NCBI GenBank assembly: GCA_047627215.1
Contig: JBLHTM010000001.1
Coordinates: 2,663 to 66,662 of the forward strand
DNA length: 64,000 nt
Direction of reading: 5' to 3'
From: Rickettsiales bacterium
GTDB lineage: Bacteria > Pseudomonadota > Alphaproteobacteria > Rickettsiales > UBA1997
Below are positions 1 through 10,542 of this stretch, in pieces. How positions within the stretch are numbered: position 1 is the first letter of the stretch; every line of letters starts with the position of its first letter. A model generated the notes under the pieces. The model was not told the origin of the DNA, searched no databases, and worked only from the letters and a program-made list of their open reading frames with translations. The position numbers and the translations under genes are program-made.

Positions 1-798
1 GATTTGAGATTCTAAATAATCTCTTAAATTTCCCAATTCTTGGTATTTTGCAATTTTATCAATTGACAAATTGCACGCTTCGCCAAAACCAACCACGCCC
101 GCAACATTCAAGGTTCCTGGTCTTTTTCCACCTTCAGCTGATGATCCAAAAAGAATTGGCTCAATATCTAAAGATTTTCTAATCAAAAGAGCTCCAACTC
201 CCTGAGGACCATTGAGCTTGTGAGAGGAAACTGAAGCCATGTCAATATTTAGATCTTCCAGATCAATATTAATTTTTCCTACAGCTTGAACAATGTCACT
301 ATGCATCAAACCGCCATATTGATGGGTCAGTTGAGAAATTTCTTTGATTGGTTGAATTGCTCCTGTTTCATTATTTGCCAGCATCACTGAAACAATAAAA
401 TTTTTAGTGTTTAACTCTTTTATTTTTACTTCCAAGTCAGCAATATCAACGACTCCACCACCATTAACCTTGATGATTTTTCCATTCTTTTTTAAAGCAA
501 CATTATAGACCGCCGGATGCTCAATTTGTGATGAAATAACTTGATAATCTTTAAATCCAAATAAAGCTAAGTTGTTTGATTCTGTTCCACCAGAGGTAAA
601 AATCACTTGGTAATTTTGTGCTCCTAATAATTTTTTAACATTATTTCTTGCACTATTTGAAACTCGAGATGCATATCTTCCAAAATAATGAATTGACGAT
701 GGATTTAGAGGATCTTGGTAAGTTTTAATCATCTCCTGCAAAACTTCATCAGAGATTTTGGTAGTAGCGTTATTATCAAAAAATATTCTTTCTCTCAT
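1..798 (-). CDS. iscS: cysteine desulfurase (NifS/IscS family), N-terminal 266 codons; gene runs off the left edge
   Basis: Own minus-strand translation from ATG at 798: MRERIFFDNNATTKISDEVLQEM...IFTSGGTESNN...SSHKLNGPQGVGALL (PLP-lysine SxHK motif). ATGA overlap with the upstream Rrf2 gene. Absent from the ORF track because no stop lies in the window. Confidence 0.85.
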   Translation of the reverse strand, partial: MRERIFFDNNATTKISDEVLQEMIKTYQDPLNPSSIHYFGRYASRVSNSARNNVKKLLGAQNYQVIFTSGGTESNNLALFGFKDYQVISSQIEHPAVYNVALKKNGKIIKVNGGGVVDIADLEVKIKELNTKNFIVSVMLANNETGAIQPIKEISQLTHQYGGLMHSDIVQAVGKINIDLEDLNIDMASVSSHKLNGPQGVGALLIRKSLDIEPILFGSSAEGGKRPGTLNVAGVVGFGEACNLSIDKIAKYQELGNLRDYLESQI

Positions 799-1211
799 GA
801 GGATTTTAAAGATTCCTGCCCAATATCAGTTATAAATATGGAACTTAAATAATTGTAAATGTTTTTTTCCAAACCTTGCCACAAATGATGTGTTGTACAA
901 CGTGTGTTTTTAGTGACACATCCGTCTTCTCCAGAACATCTGGTCATTTTTATTGGCTCATCAATTGCCAGAATAATATCAGCAACGTTGATAGTGTGGG
1001 GATCTTGTGCCAAAATATATCCGCCGCTTGCGCCACGAATTGATTTAACTATTTGAGCTTTTTTTAAAGAAGAGAAAATTTGTTCTAGAAACGACAAGGA
1101 TATGTTCTGACGAGAGGCAATCAAAGACAGCGAAACGGGCTTTTCACAACCATTTTCTAACATGTCTATCACTGCAATAGTTGCGTATTTTGCTTTATTA
1201 GTCAGAAGCAC
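795..1211 (-). CDS. iscR: Rrf2-family Fe-S cluster regulator (IscR-like)
   Basis: 138 aa with an N-terminal wHTH typical of Rrf2. Cys cluster TRCSGEDGCVTKNTRCTTHH matches IscR-type cluster ligands. Directly upstream of, and overlapping, the cysteine desulfurase gene. GTG start. Confidence 0.8.
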   Translation of the reverse strand: MLLTNKAKYATIAVIDMLENGCEKPVSLSLIASRQNISLSFLEQIFSSLKKAQIVKSIRGASGGYILAQDPHTINVADIILAIDEPIKMTRCSGEDGCVTKNTRCTTHHLWQGLEKNIYNYLSSIFITDIGQESLKSS

Positions 1212-1227
1212 AAGATAATTATTAGTT

Positions 1228-1272
1228 AATGATTAATTGAGTGACATTTAAAATATGGCTCAATTAATCATT
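1228..1272. promoter_or_regulatory. 14-bp perfect inverted repeat (aatgattaattgag N17 ctcaattaatcatt) just upstream of iscR
   Basis: Read directly from the sequence. It lies 17 bp upstream of the iscR start and 22 bp downstream of the DUF2335 gene stop. Candidate Rrf2 operator, or a terminator hairpin without a U-tract. Confidence 0.35.
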
Positions 1273-1293
1273 TCCTACTAAATTAGTCAAGTA

Positions 1294-1758
1294 TTATTTA
1301 GATGCTGGTTTTGATTGGGGACGATTTTTGTTTAAATGAGGAGCGTTTCTTCTTGGTGGTTTTCTAGTAGTAACTCTCCTTTCTATTTTGGTAACTACTA
1401 TTGCAAATGCAATTAATAGAGCGTTGATCACAAAAAGTTTCAAAGCTAAGCTTTCTCTACCTTCATTAACAAGGGTATAAACTAAAAATAGCAATCCAAA
1501 GTTGTAAATAAAACCACAGAGCAATCCTATTTTGTAACTAAATCCATGAAATTTAAGAAATTTATCTTGCCAAAAATGACGATGAGTTTGCTCTTTTTCG
1601 GCCATGTCCATCAATTTATTCACTGATCCTGGCGCAGCATCTTCGTAATCTTCTAGAACAGCTGCTGGTGGCAAAATATTGTAAGGAGTTCTTGGCGACC
1701 TTTGATTGGGGCGAGAATTTCTGTTGTTAGTGTTTGGTCTTCTATTGTTGTCTTTCAT
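1294..1758 (-). CDS. DUF2335-like membrane protein
   Basis: 154 aa. LPPAAVLEDYEDAAPGSVNKLMDMAEKEQTHRH resembles the conserved DUF2335 N-terminal motif, followed by two hydrophobic helices. Both termini are basic and low-complexity. Confidence 0.6.
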   Translation of the reverse strand: MKDNNRRPNTNNRNSRPNQRSPRTPYNILPPAAVLEDYEDAAPGSVNKLMDMAEKEQTHRHFWQDKFLKFHGFSYKIGLLCGFIYNFGLLFLVYTLVNEGRESLALKLFVINALLIAFAIVVTKIERRVTTRKPPRRNAPHLNKNRPQSKPASK

Positions 1759-1801
1759 TTGAAAAATTTATTTTTTGATTATTAAGTTAAGCGCAAATCG
1801 C

Positions 1802-2008
1802 TTATTGTTCTTTGTCGTTATTTTTGCTGTTTTTATTGATCGCAAGGGTCAAATCCTCACCAACAGAAGCAAGATCGTCACCGATTGCGCGGTTTTCTTT
1901 ATTAAATGGATATTCATTAGAGTTTATTTTGACAAAAGGAGTTATCGAAACAAATCCTGCTAAAAATTTCCTTAGATATTTAATAAATATTCTGATTGAT
2001 CTCATCAT
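1802..2008 (-). CDS. hypothetical small protein (68 aa)
   Basis: Only an ORF, co-directional with and 43 bp upstream of the DUF2335 gene. Two plus-strand ORFs overlap the same stretch. No recognisable motif. Confidence 0.25.
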   Translation of the reverse strand: MMRSIRIFIKYLRKFLAGFVSITPFVKINSNEYPFNKENRAIGDDLASVGEDLTLAINKNSKNNDKEQ

Positions 2009-2212
2009 TTTAGGCGCAGGTTAGTTTTTAAAAATTCGGGCAGAATAAAGTCTAAAAACTAATTTGTAAAGAGGTGGAGTTTTGAAATTTATTATTTAGC
2101 GAACTACACTTCAATCGTTCAGGTTAATATTTTAACTTTTAAAAAAAATCACCTGTAGATTTTTAGCTACAAACTCGTCTAAGATGCCATTTTTTAAATC
2201 CTTAAAGAATCG

Positions 2213-4081
2213 ATGAAAAAATATTCAACAATAGTGATTGGTGGTGGACATTCTGGTGTTGAAGCCGCGTGCGCTTCTGCAAGAATGGGTGTTTCCACTT
2301 TATTGATTACTCTTAAGCCAGAAAATCTTGGTGAAATGTCTTGTAATCCTGCTATTGGAGGAGTTGCCAAAGGGACGATTGTGCGTGAAATTGACTCTTT
2401 GGATGGAGTGATGGGAAGGGCTATTGATGAGGCTGGGATTCATTTTCGCATTTTAAATGCTAGCAAAGGTGCGGCGGTTCACTCTCCAAGGGCACAAGCG
2501 GATCGAAAACTTTACCATAAGGCGATAAAATCAATTGTTCTGAACCACGAAAATTTAGATGTTCTTTATTCTTCAGTTGAAGATTTGATTATTAAAAATA
2601 ACCAAGTTTGCGGAGTTATTATCAAGGATGGGGTTAATATTCAAGCTGATTCGGTAGTTTTGACCACAGGAACGTTTTTGTCAGGAATGATTCACATTGG
2701 CGATCAAAAAATTCCCGCCGGAAGAATGGGTGAGAATCCATCCAACGGCCTTTCAGTAACTCTAAAAAAACATGATTTTGCTTTAAGCCGCCTAAAAACC
2801 GGAACTCCCCCCAGAATTAGTGCCAAATCAATTAATTATTCTGATTTGGAAGCGCAACCAGGAGATCATCCCCCTGCCCCATTTTCATATTTAAATGACA
2901 AGATAGAAACCCCGCAAATTCATTGCCATATAACCTTCACCAACCTTAAAACCCATAAAATCATCCAAGAAAATTTGGAAAAATCCGCCATGTATGGTGG
3001 TCATATTTCAGGAATTGGGCCACGATATTGCCCTTCAATTGAAGATAAAATACATCGCTTTGCCGACAAAGAGCGCCATCAAATCTTCCTCGAACCAGAA
3101 GGATTAGACACTGACATAATCTATCCTAACGGAATATCAACCTCCCTTCCGGAAGAGGTTCAATTGAAATTTTTACGAACCATCAAAGGGTTAGAAAATG
3201 TTGAAATGATTCAACCAGGATATGCCATCGAATACGATTTTGTTGATGCTCGTGAGCTTTACCCAACTTTAGAGACCAAAAAAATCAAAAATCTATTTTT
3301 CTCCGGACAAATAAATGGAACCACAGGATATGAAGAGGCTGGAGGACAGGGATTGGTTGCCGGAATCAACGCTGCACTAAAATCTCAAAAAAGCTCTGAA
3401 GAGTTTATTTTGAATCGATCCAATAGCTATATTGGCGTGATGATTGATGATTTAACCACCCTTGGAACGGTTGAACCTTATCGAATGCTAACTTCCAGAG
3501 CCGAATATCGACTGCATCTAAGGGCGGATAATGCTGATTTAAGGCTGACTGAAATTGGAATTAAAATTGGATGTGTTAACAAAAAACGATCTGAGTCTTT
3601 TCTAGAAAAAAAAGAATCTTTAGAACGAGATAAGAAAACCTTGAGGGAATTGATTATTTCCCCTAAAAAACTTTTGGATCTGGGAATTAAAATCAAACAA
3701 GATGGTGTTAAGCGTAACTCTTTTGACCTTCTGGGTTTCGGAGAAATAAACTTTGAAAACCTCACAAATTCTTGGAAAGAGTTTAGGGAAAATACAAAAG
3801 AAATTAGTGCAAAAAATAAAAAACAAATTACTATCCAAGCTATCTATGCCTCTTATTTGAAGCGTCAAGATCGAGACATCGAAATTTTTAAAAGAGATGA
3901 GGATTTAAAAATTCCTGACAGCATCATTTACCAAAATATTAAGAGCCTTTCCAATGAAGTGGTAGAAAAATTAACCAAAATGAAACCAAAAACTATTGGT
4001 AATGCCGGAAGGATACCCGGAATCACTCCAGCATCAATCATGTCAATCATCATCTACATCAAGAACAAAAAAAATGATTAA
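2213..4081 (+). CDS. mnmG: tRNA uridine 5-carboxymethylaminomethyl modification enzyme MnmG (GidA)
   Basis: 622 aa. N-terminal FAD motif [12 protein letters not shown]. Full-length family-typical sequence ([19 protein letters not shown]). Confidence 0.95.
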   Translation: MKKYSTIVIGGGHSGVEAACASARMGVSTLLITLKPENLGEMSCNPAIGGVAKGTIVREIDSLDGVMGRAIDEAGIHFRILNASKGAAVHSPRAQADRKLYHKAIKSIVLNHENLDVLYSSVEDLIIKNNQVCGVIIKDGVNIQADSVVLTTGTFLSGMIHIGDQKIPAGRMGENPSNGLSVTLKKHDFALSRLKTGTPPRISAKSINYSDLEAQPGDHPPAPFSYLNDKIETPQIHCHITFTNLKTHKIIQENLEKSAMYGGHISGIGPRYCPSIEDKIHRFADKERHQIFLEPEGLDTDIIYPNGISTSLPEEVQLKFLRTIKGLENVEMIQPGYAIEYDFVDARELYPTLETKKIKNLFFSGQINGTTGYEEAGGQGLVAGINAALKSQKSSEEFILNRSNSYIGVMIDDLTTLGTVEPYRMLTSRAEYRLHLRADNADLRLTEIGIKIGCVNKKRSESFLEKKESLERDKKTLRELIISPKKLLDLGIKIKQDGVKRNSFDLLGFGEINFENLTNSWKEFRENTKEISAKNKKQITIQAIYASYLKRQDRDIEIFKRDEDLKIPDSIIYQNIKSLSNEVVEKLTKMKPKTIGNAGRIPGITPASIMSIIIYIKNKKND

Positions 4082-5276
4082 GATCAAAACTATTTCCTAC
4101 TCATTAATTTTCATTTTCTTCTTTTCGGCTCTTTCTTCAGCAGAAGATATTAAGGCCGCAAACTCTTTAGAATCTCAGTCAAAAGACCAAGAATTATTAG
4201 AATCTTTAAAAAAATTATTAGAAGGGTCTCAGCAAAAAAATACAGTTAAGACTTTAGATTCAACAAAAGAGGATTCTCCAGTAATATCTGTTAAAAAAAC
4301 AACATCTACAAACAGCACAGATGGCCAATTAATTGTCACTGATTCTCAACCTAAAACAAAAAATACCCAACAACTTAAACCAGATCCAGACATTATCATT
4401 AAACAAGTGGAGCCTCAGAAGATAACCAATCAAAATGTTGACATCCAAAATTCTAAACAAAATCAATTGACGAACGAGAAACCTATACAAAAATCAGTCT
4501 CAACCCTGGAGGCGATTGATCAAATACAAAAAAGCCTAATATTCTCAGGAAACGTGAAGCCAAAAAGGTTAGTTACTCAAAAAAAACCTTCTAACATCAT
4601 CAATAGATCTTCCGATGTCACATCAAGGGTTGATATTCTAGTCCTTAACCCTTCCAAAAAAGGAAGCAAGGGTGATAGGCAAAAAGAACAAATCGCCTAC
4701 AATGCTTCAATCGCCGGGCAATATGAAGTGGCAATTGCAATTTATAAACAAATCTTAAAAAAAGATCCCAATAATCATTATGCCTCTTTCTCGTTAGCAT
4801 CTTGCTACCACAAGCTTGATCAATACAAACAAGCTAAAATAATTTACTACGATCTTCTTAAAAAAGATTGGGCGGATCAAGAAACCAAGGAGCAATTAAT
4901 AGGAAATTTACTTGAAGTAATTGTGCAAGAATCACCAAATGAAGCAATCTACATGCTTGATAAACTAATTGATCAAAACCCAAACTCAGCCTATATCATG
5001 GCAGGAAGCGCAATGGCTTATGATACAATTAACAAGCCAGATCAGGCAATATTACTACTAAAAAGAGCGATCCATATGAACCCAAATGAAGAAACATACA
5101 GATTCAACTTAGCAGTTATTTTTGACAAAATAGGTGATTATCCAAGTGCAATTCCTCAATATCAATCAGTGATTAATAAATATATTTCTAGTGGAGATTT
5201 AGACGATTCAATACCGATTGAACAAATCAGACAAAGAGTGGAATTCATAAAAAACAAAGGACGGGATGAAAAATAA
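4074..5276 (+). CDS. exported TPR-repeat protein (possible pilus-associated PilF/PilW-like factor)
   Basis: I prefer the internal ATG at 4074 ([28 protein letters not shown], signal peptide) over the track start at 3996, which lies inside mnmG. It has a Q/K/T-rich linker and then TPR-like repeats ([18 protein letters not shown]..., [14 protein letters not shown]...). The 3' end overlaps pilT by 11 nt. Confidence 0.7.
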   Translation: MIKIKTISYSLIFIFFFSALSSAEDIKAANSLESQSKDQELLESLKKLLEGSQQKNTVKTLDSTKEDSPVISVKKTTSTNSTDGQLIVTDSQPKTKNTQQLKPDPDIIIKQVEPQKITNQNVDIQNSKQNQLTNEKPIQKSVSTLEAIDQIQKSLIFSGNVKPKRLVTQKKPSNIINRSSDVTSRVDILVLNPSKKGSKGDRQKEQIAYNASIAGQYEVAIAIYKQILKKDPNNHYASFSLASCYHKLDQYKQAKIIYYDLLKKDWADQETKEQLIGNLLEVIVQESPNEAIYMLDKLIDQNPNSAYIMAGSAMAYDTINKPDQAILLLKRAIHMNPNEETYRFNLAVIFDKIGDYPSAIPQYQSVINKYISSGDLDDSIPIEQIRQRVEFIKNKGRDEK

Positions 5277-6315
5277 TGAAACTTTAGATAAATTAATTGA
5301 CTTCATAATAAAAAATAAAGCCTCAGATCTTCACATATCGTCAGGAAACCACCCAATGTCGAGAATTGACGGTGATCTCAACCCAATACCAGAATTTCCA
5401 ACACTTTCCAATAAAGATGTTTCTGAGATAGTATTTTCCATGATGAGTGATTTGCAAAAAGATGCATATCTGGAAAAAATGGAACTAGATTTCTCCATAA
5501 GAACAAATGATTCTTATCGATTTAGAGTTAACGCATTTAATAATATCAACGGTCCAGCGGCAACTTTGAGAGAGATTCCTGCAGAAGCTATTTCCTTAGC
5601 AGATATTTCCGCCCCACAAATTTTCATTGAACTTTGTAATTTGAAACAAGGACTGATTTTAGTAGTTGGACCGACAGGAAGTGGGAAATCAACCACCTTG
5701 GCCGCAATGCTGAACCACCTGAACTACCACCATAAGCACCACATCATCACAGTTGAGGATCCTGTTGAATTTGTCTACAAAAGTGATCAATCACTAATCA
5801 ACCAAAGAGAGGTTGGTACCTCAACCAGAGACTTCCCTTCCGCACTAAAATCAGCAATGAGAGAGGATCCAGACGTGATTATGGTTGGAGAGCTTCGTGA
5901 CCTAGAAACCGTTAGATTGGCGCTAACCGCAGCCGAAACTGGGCATTTGGTTATGGCAACACTTCACACCAATTCAGCATCTCAGAGTATCAATCGCATC
6001 ATCGATGTTTTTCCTTCTTCGGACAAAGATTTGGCGCGATCAATGATATCATCTTCTCTTTCAGCGATTATTTCACAAAGGCTAGCTAAGAAAAAAGGTG
6101 GTGGCAGGGTTGCTGTTTACGAAATCATGGTTGCCAATACTTCAATTAGAAACTTGATCAGGGAAGACAGAATACCTCAAATCAATTCAATGATCGAGAT
6201 GGGCAAAAAACAAGGAATGACAACCGCAAAAGATTCTTTATTGGCCCTTCTCAATAAAGGATTGATTGAACAAAAAACCGCAGAAAGCTTATTTAAATCC
6301 ATGAGCTCTACTTAA
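5266..6315 (+). CDS. pilT: type IV pilus retraction (twitching motility) ATPase PilT
   Basis: 349 aa. ASDLHISSGNHPMSRIDG N-terminus, Walker A GPTGSGKSTT, GHLVMATLHTNSA signature. Confidence 0.9.
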   Translation: MKNNETLDKLIDFIIKNKASDLHISSGNHPMSRIDGDLNPIPEFPTLSNKDVSEIVFSMMSDLQKDAYLEKMELDFSIRTNDSYRFRVNAFNNINGPAATLREIPAEAISLADISAPQIFIELCNLKQGLILVVGPTGSGKSTTLAAMLNHLNYHHKHHIITVEDPVEFVYKSDQSLINQREVGTSTRDFPSALKSAMREDPDVIMVGELRDLETVRLALTAAETGHLVMATLHTNSASQSINRIIDVFPSSDKDLARSMISSSLSAIISQRLAKKKGGGRVAVYEIMVANTSIRNLIREDRIPQINSMIEMGKKQGMTTAKDSLLALLNKGLIEQKTAESLFKSMSST

Positions 6316-6329
6316 AATATTCTCAAGCG

Positions 6330-9300
6330 ATGCTCATAAAAACCACCAATCTACAAAATTTAGCATCAAATCCACTTAACTCCGCCTTTGTTTCTGCATC
6401 TGCCGGATCTGGGAAAACCAAAGTTTTAACCGATCGAGTTTTACGCCTTTTGCTTTGTGGAGCTCGACCTTCAAAAATTCTCTGCCTGACTTTTACCAAA
6501 GTTGCCGCCACGCAAATGCAGAATCGAATTTTTAAAGAGCTTGAAAATTGGGCGATTTGTGATCAAGAGACACTGAAAAATCAGCTTAAAAAATTCACCT
6601 CTCACGAACCTTCCCCCTCAGAAATAAAGACCGCCAGAAAACTATTTGCGAATTTGCTTGATGATGATTTTGGTCTGCAAATTTCCACCATTCACTCTTT
6701 TTGCCAAGGGATCATTAAACAATTTCCTATTGAAGCGAAAACTTCACCAAATTTTTCCATCATCAACGAACAGCAAGAAAATCAACTTTTGCTGGATTCT
6801 CGAAAATCAATCCTAAAAAAAGCTCTCACCAATTCTGACTTAGCAGAAAAAATCAATCTAATTTGCTCAAAACTCAACGAAACCAGTTTTTTGGATATTT
6901 CTTTTGAATTGATCAAAGAAAGACAAAAAATCTTTTGGTTGAAAGAAAAATATTTTGGAATAATAAATGTAATCGATGAAGTTTTTAAAGAAGTGGCGGT
7001 TGGTAGAGAAGAAAATGAAGAAACAGTTTTTTCTAGTTTTATTAATGATTCTGATTGGAGAAAAGATGATTTGACCGATTTATGTCAAAATTTCTCAATC
7101 AAAAATGGTCAAGAAATCATCAAATTCATCAATAATCCGGAACCTAAAAATCTTCAAGAATATCTGCAAGTTTTTCTAACGACAATTAACGAACCCAGAA
7201 AATCTCTAGTTTTAAAACCAGTTCAAAAACAAAATCCCTTGGCAATCGATTTAATGATTTTTGAACAAGATCGAGTTTTGAAATTCTTGGAAAAAACCAA
7301 CAATGTCAACATTGCCGTTTTAACTTCTGCCCTGCTTGAAGTTGTTGATCAGATCACTGGTAAATATGAAATTTTAAAAAACCAAAATGGCTATTTGGAC
7401 TACAATGACCTGATCATTAAAACCAACTCACTTCTTGAAAATTCTTCCGCCAGAGAATGGGTTAAGTACAAGCTAGATGGCTCATATGAGCATATTTTGA
7501 TCGATGAATCTCAGGACACCAATCATAGCCAGTGGGATATTGTTAAGATTATTACTGAAGAATTTTTTGCCGGAGAAGGTTTAAAAGATGAGCGTGAACT
7601 TTCCCGAACAATATTCATTGTCGGCGACGAGAAACAATCCATCTACAGTTTCCAGGGAGCTGATCCAGATATTTTTGCCAATATTTTTTACTTTTATCAA
7701 AACCAATTAAGTTTAATTGGTAAAGAATTCTTGAACATTGAACTTTCTAGTTCATTTCGCTCAATGCCAACAATATTAAAGACCGTCGACCAAGTTTTTG
7801 CCAAACCTGAGCTAAAAGATTCCATCAGCACTTTGGCGCAAAAAATTGAACATCATTCCATCAAAAATCACCATTCTGGAAAAGTTGAATTATTACCAAT
7901 TGTGATGATGCCAATTTTAGAAAAAGAGGAAAAGAATTATCGTTGGAAGCTTGATTTTCAAATAAAAGAAGAGTCAAAAGCGCAAGAAATTCTCGCCCAA
8001 ATTATTGCTAAAAAGATTAAAGGTCTTTTTAATGAAAAAAAGTTTTTGGCTTGCAAAGACCGTTTTGCCGAATTTGGGGATGTGATGATTCTTCTAAAAG
8101 AGCGCAAAAGCAATTTAGGAAAATTTTTGATAAAATATTTAAGTCAAGAGAACATTCCTGTCAGCAGCGCTGACCGCATTGATTTCAATAATAACATCAT
8201 TGTTTTGGATTTGATCTCTTTGGCGAAATTCATTCTTTTACCGGAAGACGATCTCAATCTCTCCTGTCTGCTAAAATCAATTTTCTTCAATCTTTCCGAG
8301 GATGATTTATTATCCAATTGCGACAATAAGAATCATTCAAGGGTCAGTTTATTTGATGCTTTAAAGCAAAATAATCCCAATCTTCACCAAGAACTTCAAA
8401 ATTTAATCACGAAAAACCAAGATCAGCAATTTTCTGTTTATGAATTTTTTAGTGATTTTCTGATCAAAAAATCCAAACAAAAGGATATTTTAGAAAAATA
8501 TGGCAAAGAAGGTGAGGAAATTGTTAACCAATTCTTGAAAATTTGCATCGATCATAAAGATCAAAATGTCAGTTCTGATTTACAAAAATTCGTTGAATTT
8601 CTAGAAAAATCTAATTTTCAAATCAAAATTGACGGATCTGGGCAAAATAAAAATCAGGTTTTTATCACTACAATTCACTCTGCAAAAGGCTTAGAAGCTC
8701 CGATTGTATTTTTGGCAGACACAGCTCATAGTACGCAAAAACAAATTGGTAATGATCGCAGTAGAATATTTTGGAATCCCGAAAACTCCCTACCTCTTTG
8801 GTCTCAAGGGTCAAAATTTGACAATTCTAATATTAAAAATATCAAAAAACTTGAACGAACAAATTCTAAAAAAGAATATTGGCGCCAACTTTATGTGGCA
8901 ATGACCAGGGCCGAAGAAGAGCTTTATATTTGTGGCTTTAGCAAACAAAAAATCGATCAAGATTGTTGGTATGAAACCATTAAAAAAGCAATTGTTGATG
9001 AGGCCATAGAAATTGAAGACTTCAATATTGATGAAAAATACAAAGAATATTTATTTGGGAAAAATCTTGTAGTTGGGGCGAGTTTCAACAATCACAAAAA
9101 GCTAGAAATAAACATTCCGCAAGAGATATTCAAAAAACCAGCTAAGCAAAATTTGAACAAAATAATTCCTGAAGAACTTTCAGCAGAAATTATCTACCCT
9201 TCAAAAACCAACCCAGATGATCTACAAATCAACCAATATCAAGCAGAATTTGGGAAGATTATTCACAAAATCCTAGAGTTACTTTTCAATCTAAAAATCA

Positions 9301-9656
9301 AAAATATTGAAGAAAGAAAGTATTTTTTACAAGATTATTTGGCAAAACAGAATTTATCGAATGAACAGGTTGGAGAAATAAATCAGAAAATTGAAGATGT
9401 TTTTGCAGAATTTTTTGAACTATTAACCGATGAAAAAGGGAAGGCAGAAGTTCCAATTATTGCCAAAATTGGGGCAAAAATAATTTCAGGTAAAATCGAT
9501 CGTTTGATCGTCAAAGATAATGATGCTCTGATAATTGATTTTAAAACTGGGAAAATAAATCCAGAAAAATATCAAACTCAAATGGATCTTTACAAGATAG
9601 CTTTGCAAAAACTTTATCCTAAAAAAAACATTAAATCACAAATTATCTGGCTATGA
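6330..9656 (+). CDS. addA: UvrD-type helicase / PD-(D/E)XK nuclease, AddA-like double-strand break repair protein
   Basis: 1108 aa. Walker [14 protein letters not shown], helicase motifs ([48 protein letters not shown]). C-terminal nuclease motif GKIDRLIV...IIDFKTGK...Y..QMDLY. Confidence 0.8.
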   Translation: MLIKTTNLQNLASNPLNSAFVSASAGSGKTKVLTDRVLRLLLCGARPSKILCLTFTKVAATQMQNRIFKELENWAICDQETLKNQLKKFTSHEPSPSEIKTARKLFANLLDDDFGLQISTIHSFCQGIIKQFPIEAKTSPNFSIINEQQENQLLLDSRKSILKKALTNSDLAEKINLICSKLNETSFLDISFELIKERQKIFWLKEKYFGIINVIDEVFKEVAVGREENEETVFSSFINDSDWRKDDLTDLCQNFSIKNGQEIIKFINNPEPKNLQEYLQVFLTTINEPRKSLVLKPVQKQNPLAIDLMIFEQDRVLKFLEKTNNVNIAVLTSALLEVVDQITGKYEILKNQNGYLDYNDLIIKTNSLLENSSAREWVKYKLDGSYEHILIDESQDTNHSQWDIVKIITEEFFAGEGLKDERELSRTIFIVGDEKQSIYSFQGADPDIFANIFYFYQNQLSLIGKEFLNIELSSSFRSMPTILKTVDQVFAKPELKDSISTLAQKIEHHSIKNHHSGKVELLPIVMMPILEKEEKNYRWKLDFQIKEESKAQEILAQIIAKKIKGLFNEKKFLACKDRFAEFGDVMILLKERKSNLGKFLIKYLSQENIPVSSADRIDFNNNIIVLDLISLAKFILLPEDDLNLSCLLKSIFFNLSEDDLLSNCDNKNHSRVSLFDALKQNNPNLHQELQNLITKNQDQQFSVYEFFSDFLIKKSKQKDILEKYGKEGEEIVNQFLKICIDHKDQNVSSDLQKFVEFLEKSNFQIKIDGSGQNKNQVFITTIHSAKGLEAPIVFLADTAHSTQKQIGNDRSRIFWNPENSLPLWSQGSKFDNSNIKNIKKLERTNSKKEYWRQLYVAMTRAEEELYICGFSKQKIDQDCWYETIKKAIVDEAIEIEDFNIDEKYKEYLFGKNLVVGASFNNHKKLEINIPQEIFKKPAKQNLNKIIPEELSAEIIYPSKTNPDDLQINQYQAEFGKIIHKILELLFNLKIKNIEERKYFLQDYLAKQNLSNEQVGEINQKIEDVFAEFFELLTDEKGKAEVPIIAKIGAKIISGKIDRLIVKDNDALIIDFKTGKINPEKYQTQMDLYKIALQKLYPKKNIKSQIIWL

Positions 9657-10165
9657 AAATATTTATTTTAAACCTAATAACCTTTCTCTTTTTAACTTCA
9701 AATTCTTTTGCCGAAATGAAAAATAACGAAAAAACTTACCCAAAAAATACCGAAAATCTCACCGAACTTCAAAAATATGTAACTCAACAAAATGGCACTG
9801 AACCGGCATTTTCAAATGAATATTGGGACAATAAGGAGGTGGGAATTTATGTAGATTCAGCTTCAGGTGAACCTCTTTTCTCTTCAATAGACAAATATGA
9901 TTCCGGCACCGGATGGCCAAGTTTCACCAAACCAATTTTCAAAGTTGAAACCAAAACCGACACAGCTTTTGGCATGACCAGAGTTGAAGTTCGATCAAGA
10001 GATGCTGATTCTCACTTAGGACATTTGTTCGATGATGGACCAAAAGACAAAGGTGGATCAAGATATTGCATAAACTCTGCCGCTTTGCGCTTTATCGCCA
10101 AAGAAAATTTGGAAAAAGAAGGATATGGAGAATATTTGAAATTGCTTGAAGAAGTAAAAAAATAG
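9653..10165 (+). CDS. msrB: peptide-methionine (R)-S-oxide reductase MsrB with a predicted N-terminal signal peptide
   Basis: [17 protein letters not shown] and RYCINS motifs. The first 20 aa are hydrophobic and end in SFA. ATGA overlap with addA. An alternative cytoplasmic start exists at Met22 (9716). Confidence 0.85.
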   Translation: MKIFILNLITFLFLTSNSFAEMKNNEKTYPKNTENLTELQKYVTQQNGTEPAFSNEYWDNKEVGIYVDSASGEPLFSSIDKYDSGTGWPSFTKPIFKVETKTDTAFGMTRVEVRSRDADSHLGHLFDDGPKDKGGSRYCINSAALRFIAKENLEKEGYGEYLKLLEEVKK

Positions 10166-10166
10166 A

Positions 10167-10439
10167 TTATTTATTTTTCCACTCAGAGTTAATTGGGAAA
10201 ACTACATCATTGGTTTGATTCTTGATTACAGTTTTAACCCATCTTTGATTACCAAGAACTAATAATCTTCCTTTTTAATTTGTGAAATAGTTTTGACATT
10301 TGGCGATAATGGGAGAATACCATTTTTCCTGAGTATCAACCCAGAGTATTCTGACTTTTTTATCTTCTAATATTTCAATTGCAGGTGATATTTTTTGGGT
10401 CAGTACAGGATTGTGATATTTTTCAATAAAAAGGATATT
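10167..10439 (-). pseudogene. gene remnant: 91-codon frame with no start codon and one in-frame TAA; weak thioredoxin-fold (GST-N / ArsC-like) resemblance
   Basis: Own translation: NILFIEKYHNPVLTQKISPAIEILEDKKVRILWVDTQEKWYSPIIAKCQNYFTN*KGRLLVLGNQRWVKTVIKNQTNDVVFPINSEWKNK*. The pattern Y.NP...VD...F.N(P).G.L.VL resembles GST N-terminal domains. Confidence 0.3.
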
Positions 10440-10490
10440 TTATTAAATAAGTCTGGTTTTAACGATTTTACTTTCGATAAGAAGTTTGTT

Positions 10491-10536
10491 TTAAAAAAAT
10501 TATTAGCTCAATGCTACTAGTAGTATCGAGCTAATA
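10491..10536 (-). terminator. rho-independent terminator immediately after the short purL ORF
   Basis: 9-bp stem tattagctc/gagctaata with a partly self-complementary loop (ctactagtag). On the minus strand it is followed by ATTTTTTTAA. Confidence 0.55.
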
Positions 10537-10542
10537 AAAAAA

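Noticed and set aside
1775-2024. Two plus-strand ORFs (62 and 70 aa) upstream of the DUF2335 gene
   Set aside because: They overlap each other and the co-directional minus-strand ORF 1802-2008, and their peptides are hydrophobic and low-complexity. Only the minus-strand ORF was kept, at low confidence.
2009-2212. Possible replication origin next to mnmG (gidA)
   Set aside because: No cluster of DnaA-box-like 9-mers (TTATCCACA or its complement) is visible. Alphaproteobacterial origins are usually not gidA-linked.
3996-4073. Long N-terminal extensions of track ORFs: TPR protein from 3996, leuC from 45542, radA from 55137, DUF4116 protein from 53696, carD from 13267
   Set aside because: The extensions overlap the preceding gene or a terminator and precede much better family-typical or signal-peptide N-termini at internal ATGs. 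The shorter starts were adopted.
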